Source: a bacterium
Lineage (GTDB): Bacteria > Sysuimicrobiota > Sysuimicrobiia > Sysuimicrobiales > Humicultoraceae
Length of the DNA stretch: 64,000 nucleotides
NCBI GenBank assembly: GCA_041497675.1
Contig: JBGQGY010000001.1
Span: 62,724 to 126,723 of the forward strand
Reading direction: 5' to 3'
Shown: positions 19,827 to 30,207 of the stretch, piece after piece
Position numbering within the stretch: the stretch's first letter is position 1
Layout of the letters: each line of letters opens with the position of its first letter
The notes under the pieces: generated by a model
The model's database searches: none
Told to the model about the DNA's origin: nothing
Seen by the model: the letters and a program-made list of their open reading frames with translations, nothing else
Made by a program: the position numbers and the translations under genes

Positions 19827-20822
19827 TTGACCCAGCCAGGTGAGCATGAGGCCACGATAGCCTTGCCGCCAGGCTCCGCTGCGGTGGCGGTCCTTGGGCA
19901 GCAGGATGCGGTGTTGGACCTCGTCGAGAAGGAACTCGGCACGCGGTTGCTGGTCCGCGGTGACACCCTGGTCGTTCGGGGCGATCCGGAGCAGGTTGAA
20001 GCCACGGTCAGGCTGTTCGACCGTCTGGCGACGATCACGAGGAGCGGGCGGACGCTGACGACCGGGGAGGTGCGGCGCGCGCTGCGGAACGACCCCAGCC
20101 CGCTGGCGTTTGAGGTCACGAGCGCCGCCACGGACGTGCTGTTGATGACGACCGGCGGCAAGCCGATTGTGCCCCGGACGGCCGGCCAGCACGCGTACGT
20201 CCAGGGCATCAAGACCCACGATCTGACCTTTGCGATCGGCCCGGCCGGAACGGGGAAGACCTACCTGGCTGTGACGATGGCCGTGGTGGCGCTTCGCGCG
20301 AGGGCCGTGCAACGGATCGTGCTGACACGCCCGGCGGTGGAGGCCGGTGAGAAGCTGGGGTTCCTGCCCGGTGACATCGCCGCCAAGGTCGATCCGTATT
20401 TGCGACCGCTGTACGACGCGCTCTACGAGATGGTCGGCCCCGAGCGGTTCAGCCGTCTCGCCGAACGCGGCATCATCGAAGTCGTCCCCCTCGCCTTCAT
20501 GCGGGGTCGCACGCTCAACGACGCCTTCATCATCCTCGACGAGGCACAAAACACGACGCGCGAACAGATGAAGATGTTCCTCACTCGCATGGGGTTTGGT
20601 TCGAAGGTGGTCGTGACCGGCGACATCACGCAGATCGACCTGCCCCGCGACCGCACGTCGGGTCTGGTGGAGGCGCGGGACGTCTTCGCCGGTCTCGAAG
20701 GAATCGCGTTCGTGACCCTCTCCGAGGTCGATGTCGTCCGCCACGAGATGGTGCAGACGATCGTGCGGGCCTACGAGCGGTTTGAGACCTCCCGCGGCGG
20801 AGGTGGAGGGGTGACGCCGTGA
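19827..20822 (+). CDS. phoH: PhoH family ATPase
   Basis: GPAGTGKT, RPAVEAGEKLGFLPG, DEAQN; TTG start after AGGAGG. Confidence 0.95.
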   Translation: MTQPGEHEATIALPPGSAAVAVLGQQDAVLDLVEKELGTRLLVRGDTLVVRGDPEQVEATVRLFDRLATITRSGRTLTTGEVRRALRNDPSPLAFEVTSAATDVLLMTTGGKPIVPRTAGQHAYVQGIKTHDLTFAIGPAGTGKTYLAVTMAVVALRARAVQRIVLTRPAVEAGEKLGFLPGDIAAKVDPYLRPLYDALYEMVGPERFSRLAERGIIEVVPLAFMRGRTLNDAFIILDEAQNTTREQMKMFLTRMGFGSKVVVTGDITQIDLPRDRTSGLVEARDVFAGLEGIAFVTLSEVDVVRHEMVQTIVRAYERFETSRGGGGGVTP

Positions 20823-22918
20823 GACCCAGGCTGGTCGGACCCCTGGCCTCACGGGTTCGCTCCCCCTGGGTCCGCCGGATGTTCATCGGTGGGGTCATCC
20901 TCGTGTTGCTCACCATCATTATCGGCGTGGACTACCTGCCACCCCGCCTCGTCCTGATTGACGGTCAGCCCAGTCCGGCAGACATCGAGGCGCCTCGCAC
21001 CGTGGAGTTCGTGGATCAAAACAGGACCGCGGCGCTGCGGACGGAGGCCGTGAGGTCGGTGCCCGCGGTCATGCGGCCGGTGCCCGCGCAGGTCGCGGCG
21101 GCGCGCGCCGCCGCGGAGCAGATCTTTTCGGCGATCGACGCCGCCCGCAGCCACCCGTCGGGGTCGATGGCCGAGCGGATCGACACCATCCGCAAAGCCG
21201 CGGGGCTACCGCTTTCCGATCTGGCCGCCGGCACGGCGGCGACGGCGCCGAAGGCGGGATTTGCCGCGGCGCGCCAGGCTGCGGTCAACGCGGTCGACAG
21301 CGCCCTGGCGGAAGGCGTCCGCGCCGATGACCTGGCGATGGCCCGTGAACGGGTGCGCGGGACGGTGCGGAGAGGTTCGCTCGCCCCCGGGCTGGGGGCG
21401 CTGGCGGCCGAAGTCGGCGTGGCGGTCGTGCGGCCGACGCTCGAAGTCGATGAAGCTCGGACCGCGGAGCGCCGGCAGAGCGCCGCCGATCTCGTCCCGC
21501 CGGTCCGCACCCGGGTGCAGCGGGGTCAAAGCATCCTGCGCAAGGGCGACGTGATCACCCCCACGCACCTGGCCATGCTGTCGGCGGTCGGCGTCTACCC
21601 GCCGCGCGTGACCTGGGCCGCAGTCGGGGGCGTCGCGGCCGTCGTCGCGCTGTTGCTGTTCGTGACGGCGATTTATCTGTGGCAGGTCCAGCCAGAGATC
21701 TGGGCCGCCGATCGCGCCCTGGTGTTGTGGGGCGTGGTGGTGGTTGGGACGATCTTCGTCTCGCAGGCCGTCGACGCGCCACGGTTCAACCCGTACCTGA
21801 TGCCGGCCGCGGCGGGATCGATGTTGATCGGGATCCTGATGCGCCCGCGTCTGGCGATGTTCTCCTCCGCGGTGCTGGCGCTCCTGGTGGGTCTGGCCTC
21901 CGGGCGGATCTTCGCGCCGGTGGTCGTCGCGTTCACCGGAGGACTCGTCGGTGTGTTTGCGACCCGCCAGATCCACCGCCGGTCCGATTTCGGCATGGCC
22001 GGCCTCCTCGTCGGTCTGACCAGCGCCGCTGCGTCGCTCGCCGCCGGTCTTGTCGATGGGCTGGCCCTGCCCGAGATCGCGGGCCGCGCGGCGTGGGCGA
22101 TGGGTAACGGTCTGCTCAGCGGGATCATCACCATCGGGGTCCTGCCGTTTCTTGAACAGCTCTTCGGGCTCGTCACGCCGATCAAGCTGCTGGAGCTGGC
22201 GAATCCGGCGCATCCGCTCTTGCGGCGGCTGCAGTTGGAAGCGCCGGGCACCTATCATCACAGCATCATGGTCGGCAATCTGGCCGAAGCCGCCGCGGAG
22301 GCCGTCGGCGCCGACGCGCTGCTGGTTCGTGTCGGCACGTATTACCACGACATCGGTAAACTGCGGCGGCCGGCGTTCTTTGTCGAAAACCAGATGGGCA
22401 TCGACAACCCGCACGAGAAGATGACGCCGAGTCTCTCGGCGCTAACCGTGGGCGCCCATGTGCGCGACGGGCTGGACCTGGCGCGCGAGTCGAGGCTGCC
22501 TGAAGCCATTGCCGCGTTTATCCCCCAGCACCACGGCACGGCCCTGATGGCGTACTTTTTCCATCAGGCGCTCGAACGGGGCGATGCGCTCGATGAGGGG
22601 GCGTTTCGATACGAGGGGCCCAAACCGCAGACGCGCGAAACCGCCATTGTCATGCTGGCCGACGCCGTAGAAGCCACGGTGCGCTCGCTGACCCGGCCGA
22701 CCCCGGATCGGGTCGATGAGGTGGTGCGCCGGCTGATCCGGGAGAAACTCGAGGACGGGCAGCTCGACGAAAGCCCGCTGACATTTCGCGATCTCGACAA
22801 GATCGCGGCCGCGTTCGTCCGCATCCAGACCGGGATGCTGCACCCCAGGCTCGAGTATCCTGATCTCGAGCGGGAGTTGAGCCGGCGGCGACGCGACCGC
22901 GTCGGCCGGGCGCGATAA
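20819..22918 (+). CDS. 7TM-HDIG phosphohydrolase (PgpH-like c-di-AMP phosphodiesterase family)
   Basis: Extracellular domain plus TM bundle plus APGTYHHS, YYHDIGK, QHHGT; phoH-HD-ybeY synteny. Confidence 0.9.
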   Translation: MRPRLVGPLASRVRSPWVRRMFIGGVILVLLTIIIGVDYLPPRLVLIDGQPSPADIEAPRTVEFVDQNRTAALRTEAVRSVPAVMRPVPAQVAAARAAAEQIFSAIDAARSHPSGSMAERIDTIRKAAGLPLSDLAAGTAATAPKAGFAAARQAAVNAVDSALAEGVRADDLAMARERVRGTVRRGSLAPGLGALAAEVGVAVVRPTLEVDEARTAERRQSAADLVPPVRTRVQRGQSILRKGDVITPTHLAMLSAVGVYPPRVTWAAVGGVAAVVALLLFVTAIYLWQVQPEIWAADRALVLWGVVVVGTIFVSQAVDAPRFNPYLMPAAAGSMLIGILMRPRLAMFSSAVLALLVGLASGRIFAPVVVAFTGGLVGVFATRQIHRRSDFGMAGLLVGLTSAAASLAAGLVDGLALPEIAGRAAWAMGNGLLSGIITIGVLPFLEQLFGLVTPIKLLELANPAHPLLRRLQLEAPGTYHHSIMVGNLAEAAAEAVGADALLVRVGTYYHDIGKLRRPAFFVENQMGIDNPHEKMTPSLSALTVGAHVRDGLDLARESRLPEAIAAFIPQHHGTALMAYFFHQALERGDALDEGAFRYEGPKPQTRETAIVMLADAVEATVRSLTRPTPDRVDEVVRRLIREKLEDGQLDESPLTFRDLDKIAAAFVRIQTGMLHPRLEYPDLERELSRRRRDRVGRAR

Positions 22919-22943
22919 CCCCTCCGCCGCGCCCGGTCCGCGC

Positions 22944-23378
22944 ATGCTGATCGAGGTCACGACGAGGGGGGCGCGGCACGGGATTCCCCAACGATGGCTT
23001 GCCGGTGTGGGGCGTTCGGCCATGCTGGCGGCACGGTGCCCGCGGCAGTCGCGGATCGAAGTTGCCCTGGTCGGTGACACGGTCATGGCCCGCCTCAACT
23101 GGCGGTTCCTGCGGCACCGCGGGGCGACCGACGTCATCACGTTTCCCGCCGGTGCGGGGTCCAAAGATGGGGTGCTTGGGGAAATTGTCATTTCAGTAGA
23201 CCACGCGCGCCGGCAGGCGCGCCGCTACGGCCACTCGGTTCGCCGCGAAGTCGCGTTGTTGCTCGTGCACGGCATCCTGCACCTGCGGGGCCATGACGAT
23301 CGAACGCCCCGAGGGGCGGTCGGGATGCACAAGCGGACCGAAGCCATCCTCAAGCGAATTCTGGTGCGGAGACGTTGA
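22944..23378 (+). CDS. ybeY: rRNA maturation RNase YbeY
   Basis: TDVITF, LGEIVIS, HGILHLRGHDD. Confidence 0.9.
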   Translation: MLIEVTTRGARHGIPQRWLAGVGRSAMLAARCPRQSRIEVALVGDTVMARLNWRFLRHRGATDVITFPAGAGSKDGVLGEIVISVDHARRQARRYGHSVRREVALLLVHGILHLRGHDDRTPRGAVGMHKRTEAILKRILVRRR

Positions 23379-23866
23379 CGGTGCGGCACAGCCTGTGGCA
23401 ATCTTTTCGATTCGCGGGCCGCGGACTCCAAGAAGCGGTCTGGTCGCAGCGCAACATGCGCGTGCACGTGGCGCTGGCCGCGGTGGTGACCGTGATGGCG
23501 GTGTGGCTCGACCTGCCGGCGGCCGAAGCCGTGGCCCTGGTGATCGCGATGGCCGTGGTGCTCGCGGCCGAACTGTTCAACTCCGCCCTCGAAATACTGG
23601 TGGATCTGGTCGTCGGTGAGCAGTATCACGTGCTGGCGGGCCGCGCGAAGGATATCGGCGCGGCGGCGGTCCTCGTGACGGCCGCTGGGGCCGCGATCGC
23701 GGGCCTGCTGGTCCTGGGCCGGCGGGTTGTGGCTGGGATCAGTGGAAGTTCGTTCGACGCGCTCCTGTTTGGTCGCGCCGGCGCCCTGGCGCTCGTGCTC
23801 GCGCTCGTGGTGGTCGTGCTCCGGCGGCCCGAGCGATGTCCCGCCGATCACGGAGGGGTTCGGTGA
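23375..23866 (+). CDS. dgkA: Diacylglycerol/undecaprenol kinase
   Basis: SF.FA..GL, QRNMRVH, AELFNSALE..VD, AKDIGAAAV. Confidence 0.9.
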   Translation: MTVRHSLWQSFRFAGRGLQEAVWSQRNMRVHVALAAVVTVMAVWLDLPAAEAVALVIAMAVVLAAELFNSALEILVDLVVGEQYHVLAGRAKDIGAAAVLVTAAGAAIAGLLVLGRRVVAGISGSSFDALLFGRAGALALVLALVVVVLRRPERCPADHGGVR

Positions 23867-25881
23867 CGCCGTCGGGGGATAGGGAGCAGGCAGCCGCGCT
23901 TCCCGTCCGGCCGGTTGCCGAGGTGGCGACGGAAGACGTCGAGCGCATGCTCGGTGAGGCTGAGGCCGAGTACGGCTATCGTCGGCTGGACGGTTCTTGG
24001 GCGAAGCTCGTCAGTCTGATCGCCGGCGGCATGGCCCTCTTTCACCTTCTCACCGCGCGTTTCGGCACGTTGGAAGCGGTGCGACAGCGAAGCGGGCACG
24101 TCGTCTTCGTGATGGCGCTCGTCTATCTGCTCTATCCGATGCGGCGCCGCGACGCCATGACGTCTCGGATCCGATTCATTGACGTGCTGTTTGCCATCGT
24201 CGCCGCGATCCCCATGCTCTATGTGTTCGTCAACCACAGGGAGCTGGCGCTACGGGCCGGCAATCTCAATCGCACCGACCTGATCGTCGGCGTGGTGGGC
24301 ATCGTGATGGTGCTCGAAGCCGGCCGCCGGCTGATGGCCGTGCTGCCGGCCATTGCGGCGGCCGCGCTGCTCTATCCATTCGTTGGCCAGTATCTGCCCG
24401 GCGCGCTGGCCATTGCCAAGATCTCGCCGGAGCGTGTCATCGAGCACATGTTCTTCACCACCGAGGGCATCTTTGGGATCCCGATCGGTGTCTCGGCCAC
24501 GTTTGTCTTCCTGTTCGTGCTGCTGGGCGCGTTTCTCGAACGCACGGGGTTGGGGCAGTTGTTCGTGGACATCGCGATGGCGCTGGCCGGGTGGATGACC
24601 GGCGGACCGGCGAAGGTGTCGGTGCTGTCCAGCGCCTTCATTGGGACGGTGTCGGGCAGCTCCGTGGCCAACGTGGTCGCCGACGGCGTCTTTAACATCC
24701 CGTTGATGAAACGGCTCGGGTATGCGCCCCGGTTCGCGGCCGGGGTCGAGGCGGCCACGTCCGTGGGCGGGCAGCTGGTCCCGCCGGTGATGGGCGCCGC
24801 CGCGTTCGTGATGGCCGAGTTCCTCGGCGTCCCGTACCTCACGATCGCGAAGGCCGCTGCGATCCCCGCGGCCCTCTACTACTTGTCACTGGGGTTCATC
24901 ATTCATTTCGAAGCCAAACGGCTGGGGCTGGCCGGGGTGCCGCGGAGCCAGTTGCCGCGGCTGGGGCCGATCCTGGTGCGCCGGTTCTACCTCGTCATCC
25001 CGCTGGCGTTCTTAGTCGGCTCGCTGCTCCATGGAGATAGCCCCCTGCGCGCGGCATTTTGGGGCATCATGTGGTCGGCCGGTGTGCACATCATCACCTG
25101 CGCGCTCGAACGCCGGCTGTGGGATTGGCCGGCCGACATCTGGAGCACGCTGGTGCACGGCACGCGGCTGGCGCTCTCGGTCGCGGTGGCCTGCGCGGTG
25201 GTCGGGATCTTCATCGGTGTGATGACATTGTCCGGGTTGGGGCTGGCGTTCGTGAGCATTACGATCAAGCTCGGCGCCGGCAACCTCTTCCTGACGCTCG
25301 TGATGGTCATGATCGCCTGCACCATTATCGGCTCGGGCATCCCGACCACCGCGACGTACATCATCCTGGCCGCCATTGCGGCGCCGGCGCTCACCCAGGC
25401 ACCATTCCACGTGCTGCCACTGGCCGCTCACCTGTTCATCTTCTACTATGGTGTGATTGCCGACATTACGCCCCCGGACGCGCTGGCCGCGTATGCGGCG
25501 GCCGCCATCGCCAAGACGGACCCATTCGCCACCGGCTGGACGGCCACGCGTCTGGCGCTTGCCGGCATCATCGTGCCGTTTGTCTTCGTCTACTCGCCGA
25601 CGATCCTGCTCCAGGGCGCGGCGCTGGACGAGATTGTCTTGACGGCCGCGACGGCGCTCGTCGGGACCGTGGCGCTGGCGGCTGCCGTGTCGGGGTATTT
25701 CTTTGCGCCGGCGACGTGGTTCGAACGCGGCGTCTTGGTCGCCGCGGCGCTGGCCCTGATCTTCAGCGAACCCGTCGGCGACGTGATCGGCGTCGCCCTG
25801 ATGGTCTTGATCGCCATGAAGCAGATCGTCAGACGCAGACACGGTCGCCCGATCCCACCGGCAGCAGGAGTCAGCCGCTGA
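23863..25881 (+). CDS. TRAP transporter fused 4TM/12TM permease (TAXI type)
   Basis: EGIFGIPIGVSATF, GGPAKV, SGSSVANV, GGQLVPPVMGAAAF, ADITPP. Confidence 0.92.
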   Translation: MTPSGDREQAAALPVRPVAEVATEDVERMLGEAEAEYGYRRLDGSWAKLVSLIAGGMALFHLLTARFGTLEAVRQRSGHVVFVMALVYLLYPMRRRDAMTSRIRFIDVLFAIVAAIPMLYVFVNHRELALRAGNLNRTDLIVGVVGIVMVLEAGRRLMAVLPAIAAAALLYPFVGQYLPGALAIAKISPERVIEHMFFTTEGIFGIPIGVSATFVFLFVLLGAFLERTGLGQLFVDIAMALAGWMTGGPAKVSVLSSAFIGTVSGSSVANVVADGVFNIPLMKRLGYAPRFAAGVEAATSVGGQLVPPVMGAAAFVMAEFLGVPYLTIAKAAAIPAALYYLSLGFIIHFEAKRLGLAGVPRSQLPRLGPILVRRFYLVIPLAFLVGSLLHGDSPLRAAFWGIMWSAGVHIITCALERRLWDWPADIWSTLVHGTRLALSVAVACAVVGIFIGVMTLSGLGLAFVSITIKLGAGNLFLTLVMVMIACTIIGSGIPTTATYIILAAIAAPALTQAPFHVLPLAAHLFIFYYGVIADITPPDALAAYAAAAIAKTDPFATGWTATRLALAGIIVPFVFVYSPTILLQGAALDEIVLTAATALVGTVALAAAVSGYFFAPATWFERGVLVAAALALIFSEPVGDVIGVALMVLIAMKQIVRRRHGRPIPPAAGVSR

Positions 25882-25892
25882 CCGCAAGACGC

Positions 25893-26366
25893 GTGATGCT
25901 CGCAGCGGTCGCAGTGGCCGCGGTCGCATCGGCCGCGGCCCTCTTACTTGTCGAACGAACCGGCGTCACACTACGCGTCGTCGATTCCGAGACCGGCCGG
26001 GTCCTGTGGAGTCTGGTGGCAGCCACCGGGCAGCGGCTTGAGCTCCGCTACACGCACTCCGTCGAGCGCACGCCGATCATTGAGGAATACCGCGCCGAGC
26101 CCGACGGACTCTGGTTCGAGTCGATGCGGTTCTACTCACAGGGCGCCGGATTGCCGACCGAAGGGTACGTGCGCGAGGGGAAGGCCTTCGTCTTGCGGGC
26201 CCGCCGGAAGGTGGGGGTGCTGAGCGTCAGGGTGTCGTCTGTCGCGGGGCACCAGCTGATGGTTGGGGACCAAGGTCTCGATCTGGTCGCGCTGGCACGG
26301 GAAGGCGCCGCGCTGGCGATCGAGAGCCGCCCGGGTCCGCTGCGGTTGCGCCGCACGCGGCGCTGA
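25893..26366 (+). CDS. DUF1850 family protein (TAXI-TRAP associated)
   Basis: LRYTHSVERTPIIEEY, SQGAGLP. Confidence 0.85.
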   Translation: MMLAAVAVAAVASAAALLLVERTGVTLRVVDSETGRVLWSLVAATGQRLELRYTHSVERTPIIEEYRAEPDGLWFESMRFYSQGAGLPTEGYVREGKAFVLRARRKVGVLSVRVSSVAGHQLMVGDQGLDLVALAREGAALAIESRPGPLRLRRTRR

Positions 26367-26388
26367 GCGCCGCGCCCCGGCGGCCGTA

Positions 26389-26397
26389 TGGTATAAT
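26389..26397 (+). promoter_or_regulatory. Extended -10 promoter
   Basis: TGGTATAAT upstream of the CorC-family gene. Confidence 0.6.
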
Positions 26398-26450
26398 TTT
26401 CATTGACTCCGCAGGGCCGCCCCTGGCCCCAAAGGTAGGCAACACGTTCC

Positions 26451-27731
26451 TTGGATGCCACAAGCCATGCTCGTGAACTGGTCATGCTGGCTCTGCTGCT
26501 GCTGGCCTCGGCGTTCTTTTCGGCTGCCGAGACGGCGATCTTCTCCGCCAATCGCCTGAAGCTGCGCCATCAAAAGGAAGCAGGCAGCCGGCGCGCGGGC
26601 GTCGTGCTCAGCCTGCTCGAGAACCCGGCGCGATTGCTTTCTACCATTCTGGTCGGCAACAACATCATCAACACCGGCGCGGCCGTTGTGGCCACCGCGA
26701 CCCTGGTGAAGCTGTTCGGGCAGGACCGCGGTTCACTCTATGCCTTCATCACCGTGACGGTGCTCCTGCTGATCTTTGGCGAGATCACTCCCAAAACCGT
26801 CGCCGCGCACAGCGGCGACCGCCTGGCCATCGTGGTCGCGCGGCCGATTCTCTGGATCTCATGGATCCTCTCACCGATCATTCGGCTCCTCTCGCTTGTG
26901 ACGAATCTCCTGACGGCGCCATTCGGCGCGCACGTCCGGCCCGACGCCCCGATGGTGACCGAAGAAGAGATCCAGTTGATGGTGCGGATGGGCGAGGAGC
27001 AAGGCGTGCTCGAGCAGGAAGAGCGCGAGATGATCCACTCGATCATCGATTTCGGCGACACCCTGGTCAGAGAGGTGATGACCCCGCGCATCGATATCGT
27101 GTCTGTTGAGGCGGACGAGCCGGTCGACTCGGTCCTCGAAGTGATCCGGACCCACGGACACTCACGGGTGCCGGTCTACCACGAGACCGTCGATCAGATC
27201 GTCGGTGTGATCCACGTCAAGGATCTGCTGACGGCGTTTCGCGGCGGGCGCCTCACGGGGACGGCGCGGGCCTACGCGCGCCCAGCGTACTTCGTGCCGG
27301 AGAGCAAGCGGTTGGACGAGTTGTTCAAGGACATGCGGCGCAAGAAAGCCCATATGGCGATCGTGGTCGACGAGTACGGGGGCACCGCGGGCATCGTGAC
27401 GATCGAAGACCTGCTCGAAGAGATCGTCGGCCCGATTCAGGACGAGTACGACGTTGAGGAGCCTCCGATCAAACACCTCAACGATCGGACCGCGGTCGTC
27501 GACGGCAAGATGCACCTTGAGGAAGTCAACGCGGCGCTGGACCTGGCGCTGCCGATTGGCGATGTCGATTCGCTGGGTGGGTTTGTGTACAGTCTGCTCG
27601 GGCACGTGCCCGACCAGGGCGAGCGCGTCCAATACGACGGCGTTGAACTGTCGGTCGAGCGCGTGGACGGCAACCGCATCTCGCAGGTGAGGATCACAAA
27701 AGCCGAGCCGGCGGCCGCCGTCGACGAATAA
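26451..27731 (+). CDS. Hemolysin/CorC (CNNM-CBS-CorC_HlyC) family protein
   Basis: SAFFSAAETA, GEITPK, EVMTPR, HSRVPVY, VDEYGGTAG. Confidence 0.93.
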   Translation: MDATSHARELVMLALLLLASAFFSAAETAIFSANRLKLRHQKEAGSRRAGVVLSLLENPARLLSTILVGNNIINTGAAVVATATLVKLFGQDRGSLYAFITVTVLLLIFGEITPKTVAAHSGDRLAIVVARPILWISWILSPIIRLLSLVTNLLTAPFGAHVRPDAPMVTEEEIQLMVRMGEEQGVLEQEEREMIHSIIDFGDTLVREVMTPRIDIVSVEADEPVDSVLEVIRTHGHSRVPVYHETVDQIVGVIHVKDLLTAFRGGRLTGTARAYARPAYFVPESKRLDELFKDMRRKKAHMAIVVDEYGGTAGIVTIEDLLEEIVGPIQDEYDVEEPPIKHLNDRTAVVDGKMHLEEVNAALDLALPIGDVDSLGGFVYSLLGHVPDQGERVQYDGVELSVERVDGNRISQVRITKAEPAAAVDE

Positions 27732-28354
27732 TGCGTCACCACCTCCGTACGTGGCTCATCGCGGGCTTGCTCGTGGTGTTGCCGCTGGCCGTGACGGTGC
27801 TGGTCCTGCTGGCGATGTTCCGCTTCCTGGACAGCCTGCTGGGCCCGTTTGTCACAGCAGCACTGGGCACCGCCATTCCCGGTCTGGGTCTCATCGCCGG
27901 TATCGTGCTGATCCTGGTGACCGGGGCGCTGGCGAGCAATTTCGTCGGACGACGCGTCGTGGACGTGTTTCATCGCCTGATGCTGCGGATCCCGCTTGCG
28001 CGGGTCATCTATGCCGCCACGAAACAGCTAGCCGATGCCGTGTTTGTCCAGAGCCGGGGTGGGTTCAAGGGCGCGGTATTGGTCGAGTGGCCTCGCCAGG
28101 GAGTGTACACTATTGGCTTCGTCACGGGCGAGACACGAGGCGAGGCCGAGCGGCAGACGAGCGAGCGCCTCGTGAACGTCTTTGTGATGACCACGCCCAA
28201 TCCGACAACGGGTTTTCTGTGCCTCGTGCCGGAGAGCCAGCTCATTCCGATGAATATGAGTATGGAAGACGCCCTCAAGATGATGGTTTCCGGCGGCCTG
28301 GTCTCCCCGCGAGTGCCCGCCGAGCAGGCGCAGAGGCTCGTGCGGCGCGAGTGA
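27731..28354 (+). CDS. DUF502 membrane protein
   Basis: GLLVVLPL, RIP, VEWPR.G, TTPNPTTGF. Confidence 0.92.
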   Translation: MRHHLRTWLIAGLLVVLPLAVTVLVLLAMFRFLDSLLGPFVTAALGTAIPGLGLIAGIVLILVTGALASNFVGRRVVDVFHRLMLRIPLARVIYAATKQLADAVFVQSRGGFKGAVLVEWPRQGVYTIGFVTGETRGEAERQTSERLVNVFVMTTPNPTTGFLCLVPESQLIPMNMSMEDALKMMVSGGLVSPRVPAEQAQRLVRRE

Positions 28355-28803
28355 ATAGCCCAGGTCGATCGAGCGACGGTCACTCTCTGACGACAGCCCG
28401 GGTGCGGGCGCTTGTGCGGGCCGCGCGGCAGGCCCGCGGCCGTGCCTACGCGCCCTACTCCCGGTTCCCAGTGGGGGCAGCGGTGCTCACAGCCTCCGGG
28501 GCGATCCACTCTGGTTCGAATGTCGAAAACGCCTCGTACGGTCTGTCGATGTGCGCCGAGCGGGCGGCGATCCATCGGGCGGTCGCCGAGGGGCACCGGC
28601 GGCTGAGGGCGGTCGCGGTCGTCGGAGGCCGCGCGGGGGTGCTACCGTGCGGCGCCTGCCGGCAGGTGATGCACGAATTTGGAGTCGAGCATGTGATTGT
28701 CGCCGGGCTGTCCGGTGCGCCCCGGTTCTTCACCCTCGCGGAGTTGCTCGGTCACGCCTTTGGTCCCGCCGATCTTCGCGCCGCCGGCCGCGGCTGGCGC
28801 TAG
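28351..28803 (+). CDS. cdd: Cytidine deaminase
   Basis: AYAPYSRFPVGAA, NVENASYG, CAER, PCGACRQ. Confidence 0.95.
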   Translation: MNSPGRSSDGHSLTTARVRALVRAARQARGRAYAPYSRFPVGAAVLTASGAIHSGSNVENASYGLSMCAERAAIHRAVAEGHRRLRAVAVVGGRAGVLPCGACRQVMHEFGVEHVIVAGLSGAPRFFTLAELLGHAFGPADLRAAGRGWR

Positions 28804-28822
28804 CCGCGTTCCGGCGATTTTC

Positions 28823-28852
28823 TTGACGCTCTCGCGCCGCGCCCAGTATAGT
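28823..28852 (+). promoter_or_regulatory. sigma70/A promoter
   Basis: TTGACG, 18 bp spacer, TATAGT. Confidence 0.65.
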
Positions 28853-28913
28853 TAGTCAATAGCGAACGCGATGTGGTGAGCGTGGGGACGTCGGACACCG
28901 CGGGAGCGGGATC

Positions 28914-30200
28914 GTGTATGTCACGTCGATGCCCTTCAGCCGGCTCCTGGGTAGGCAGGTGCTTGACGCGAGCGGCTTTGCGCTCGGGCGTCTCGCGGAC
29001 CTGGCTGCCGAAGTGCACCTCACGCGACCGCGGATCGTGGGTCTGCTGCTCGACGTCGACCGTCCCCGCGTAGCCCTCATTCCCTGGAGCACCGTTCGCT
29101 CGATCGATCCGGTCGTCACGCTCGAGAAAGATCGCGCCGCGCTTCAACCACGCCCGTTGCAGCCAAACGAGATCCCCCTGCGTGAGGCCCTGCTGGATAA
29201 ACAGGTGGTCGATATACGTGGGCTACGGGTCGTGAAGGTCAATGATCTGTTTCTCTCGTCGAGCAACGGCGAGCTGTTCCTGACCGGTGTCGACGTCGGG
29301 GCGACCGGTTTGCTGCGCCGCCTAGGGGCGGAACAGCCCGTGCGATGGCTGTTCGGCCGGATGGGACGCCCCCTCACCGATCAGGCGCTCCCCTGGACGT
29401 ACGTGGCCGCGTTGGGCGGGCCTGTCACGCCGCTGAAGCTATCGATCTCACGCGAGCGCCTGCAGGCGATCCACCCCGCCGACTTGGCCGAATTGCTCGA
29501 AGAGATGGACCGCGAGGAGCGCGTGGAGGTCATGTCGGCGCTCAGCCACGAGGACGCGGCGGAGGTCCTCGAAGCGGCAGAACCCGAGGTGCAGGCCAAT
29601 ATCGTGCGTTCGCTGCCGGCCGACCGCGCGTCGGACATCCTCGAAGAGATGGAAGCCGACGTCGCGGCCGACGTCCTGGGCGAACTGCCGCAGGAGACGG
29701 CCAGCGAGCTGATCGTCCGCATGGAGCCCGAAGCCGGGGCCGAAGTCACCCGCCTGATGGCGTACCCGCCGAATTCCGCCGGCGGGCGCATGGCGCTCAA
29801 CTTCATCGCGATCCCCGATACGTGCACCGCCGAGCAGACGATCGCGCGGCTGCGCGGGCTCGCACCCGATGCCGAGACGATCTACTACCTCTACGTCACG
29901 GATACGGACGGCCGTCTGGTGGGCGTGCTCTCGCTGCGCGGTCTGCTCATTGCGGATCCAAAAACGTTGGTAGCGCAAATCATGACACGGGACGTGGTGG
30001 GCATACGAGCAGACGAAAGTGACGAAGCCGCGGTGGCGGCCTTGATGAAGTACGATCTGCTCGCCGTCCCGGTGCTCGACGCCGACCACCGGCTGCTGGG
30101 CATTGTCACAGTCGATGACCTGATGGACTTGATGGTGGAGCGGGTCGGTGGCCGGACGCCGCGGCGGCTCGACCGCATCCGGCGGGTAGCGAAGGAGTAG
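28914..30200 (+). CDS. Soluble MgtE-like protein (PRC-barrel + MgtE N-domain + CBS pair, no transmembrane domain)
   Basis: LLDKQVVD, HPADLAE, SAGGRM, ETIYYLYV, YDLLAVPV, GIVTVDD; ends without a hydrophobic domain. Confidence 0.88.
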   Translation: MYVTSMPFSRLLGRQVLDASGFALGRLADLAAEVHLTRPRIVGLLLDVDRPRVALIPWSTVRSIDPVVTLEKDRAALQPRPLQPNEIPLREALLDKQVVDIRGLRVVKVNDLFLSSSNGELFLTGVDVGATGLLRRLGAEQPVRWLFGRMGRPLTDQALPWTYVAALGGPVTPLKLSISRERLQAIHPADLAELLEEMDREERVEVMSALSHEDAAEVLEAAEPEVQANIVRSLPADRASDILEEMEADVAADVLGELPQETASELIVRMEPEAGAEVTRLMAYPPNSAGGRMALNFIAIPDTCTAEQTIARLRGLAPDAETIYYLYVTDTDGRLVGVLSLRGLLIADPKTLVAQIMTRDVVGIRADESDEAAVAALMKYDLLAVPVLDADHRLLGIVTVDDLMDLMVERVGGRTPRRLDRIRRVAKE

Positions 30201-30207
30201 GCCCGGA

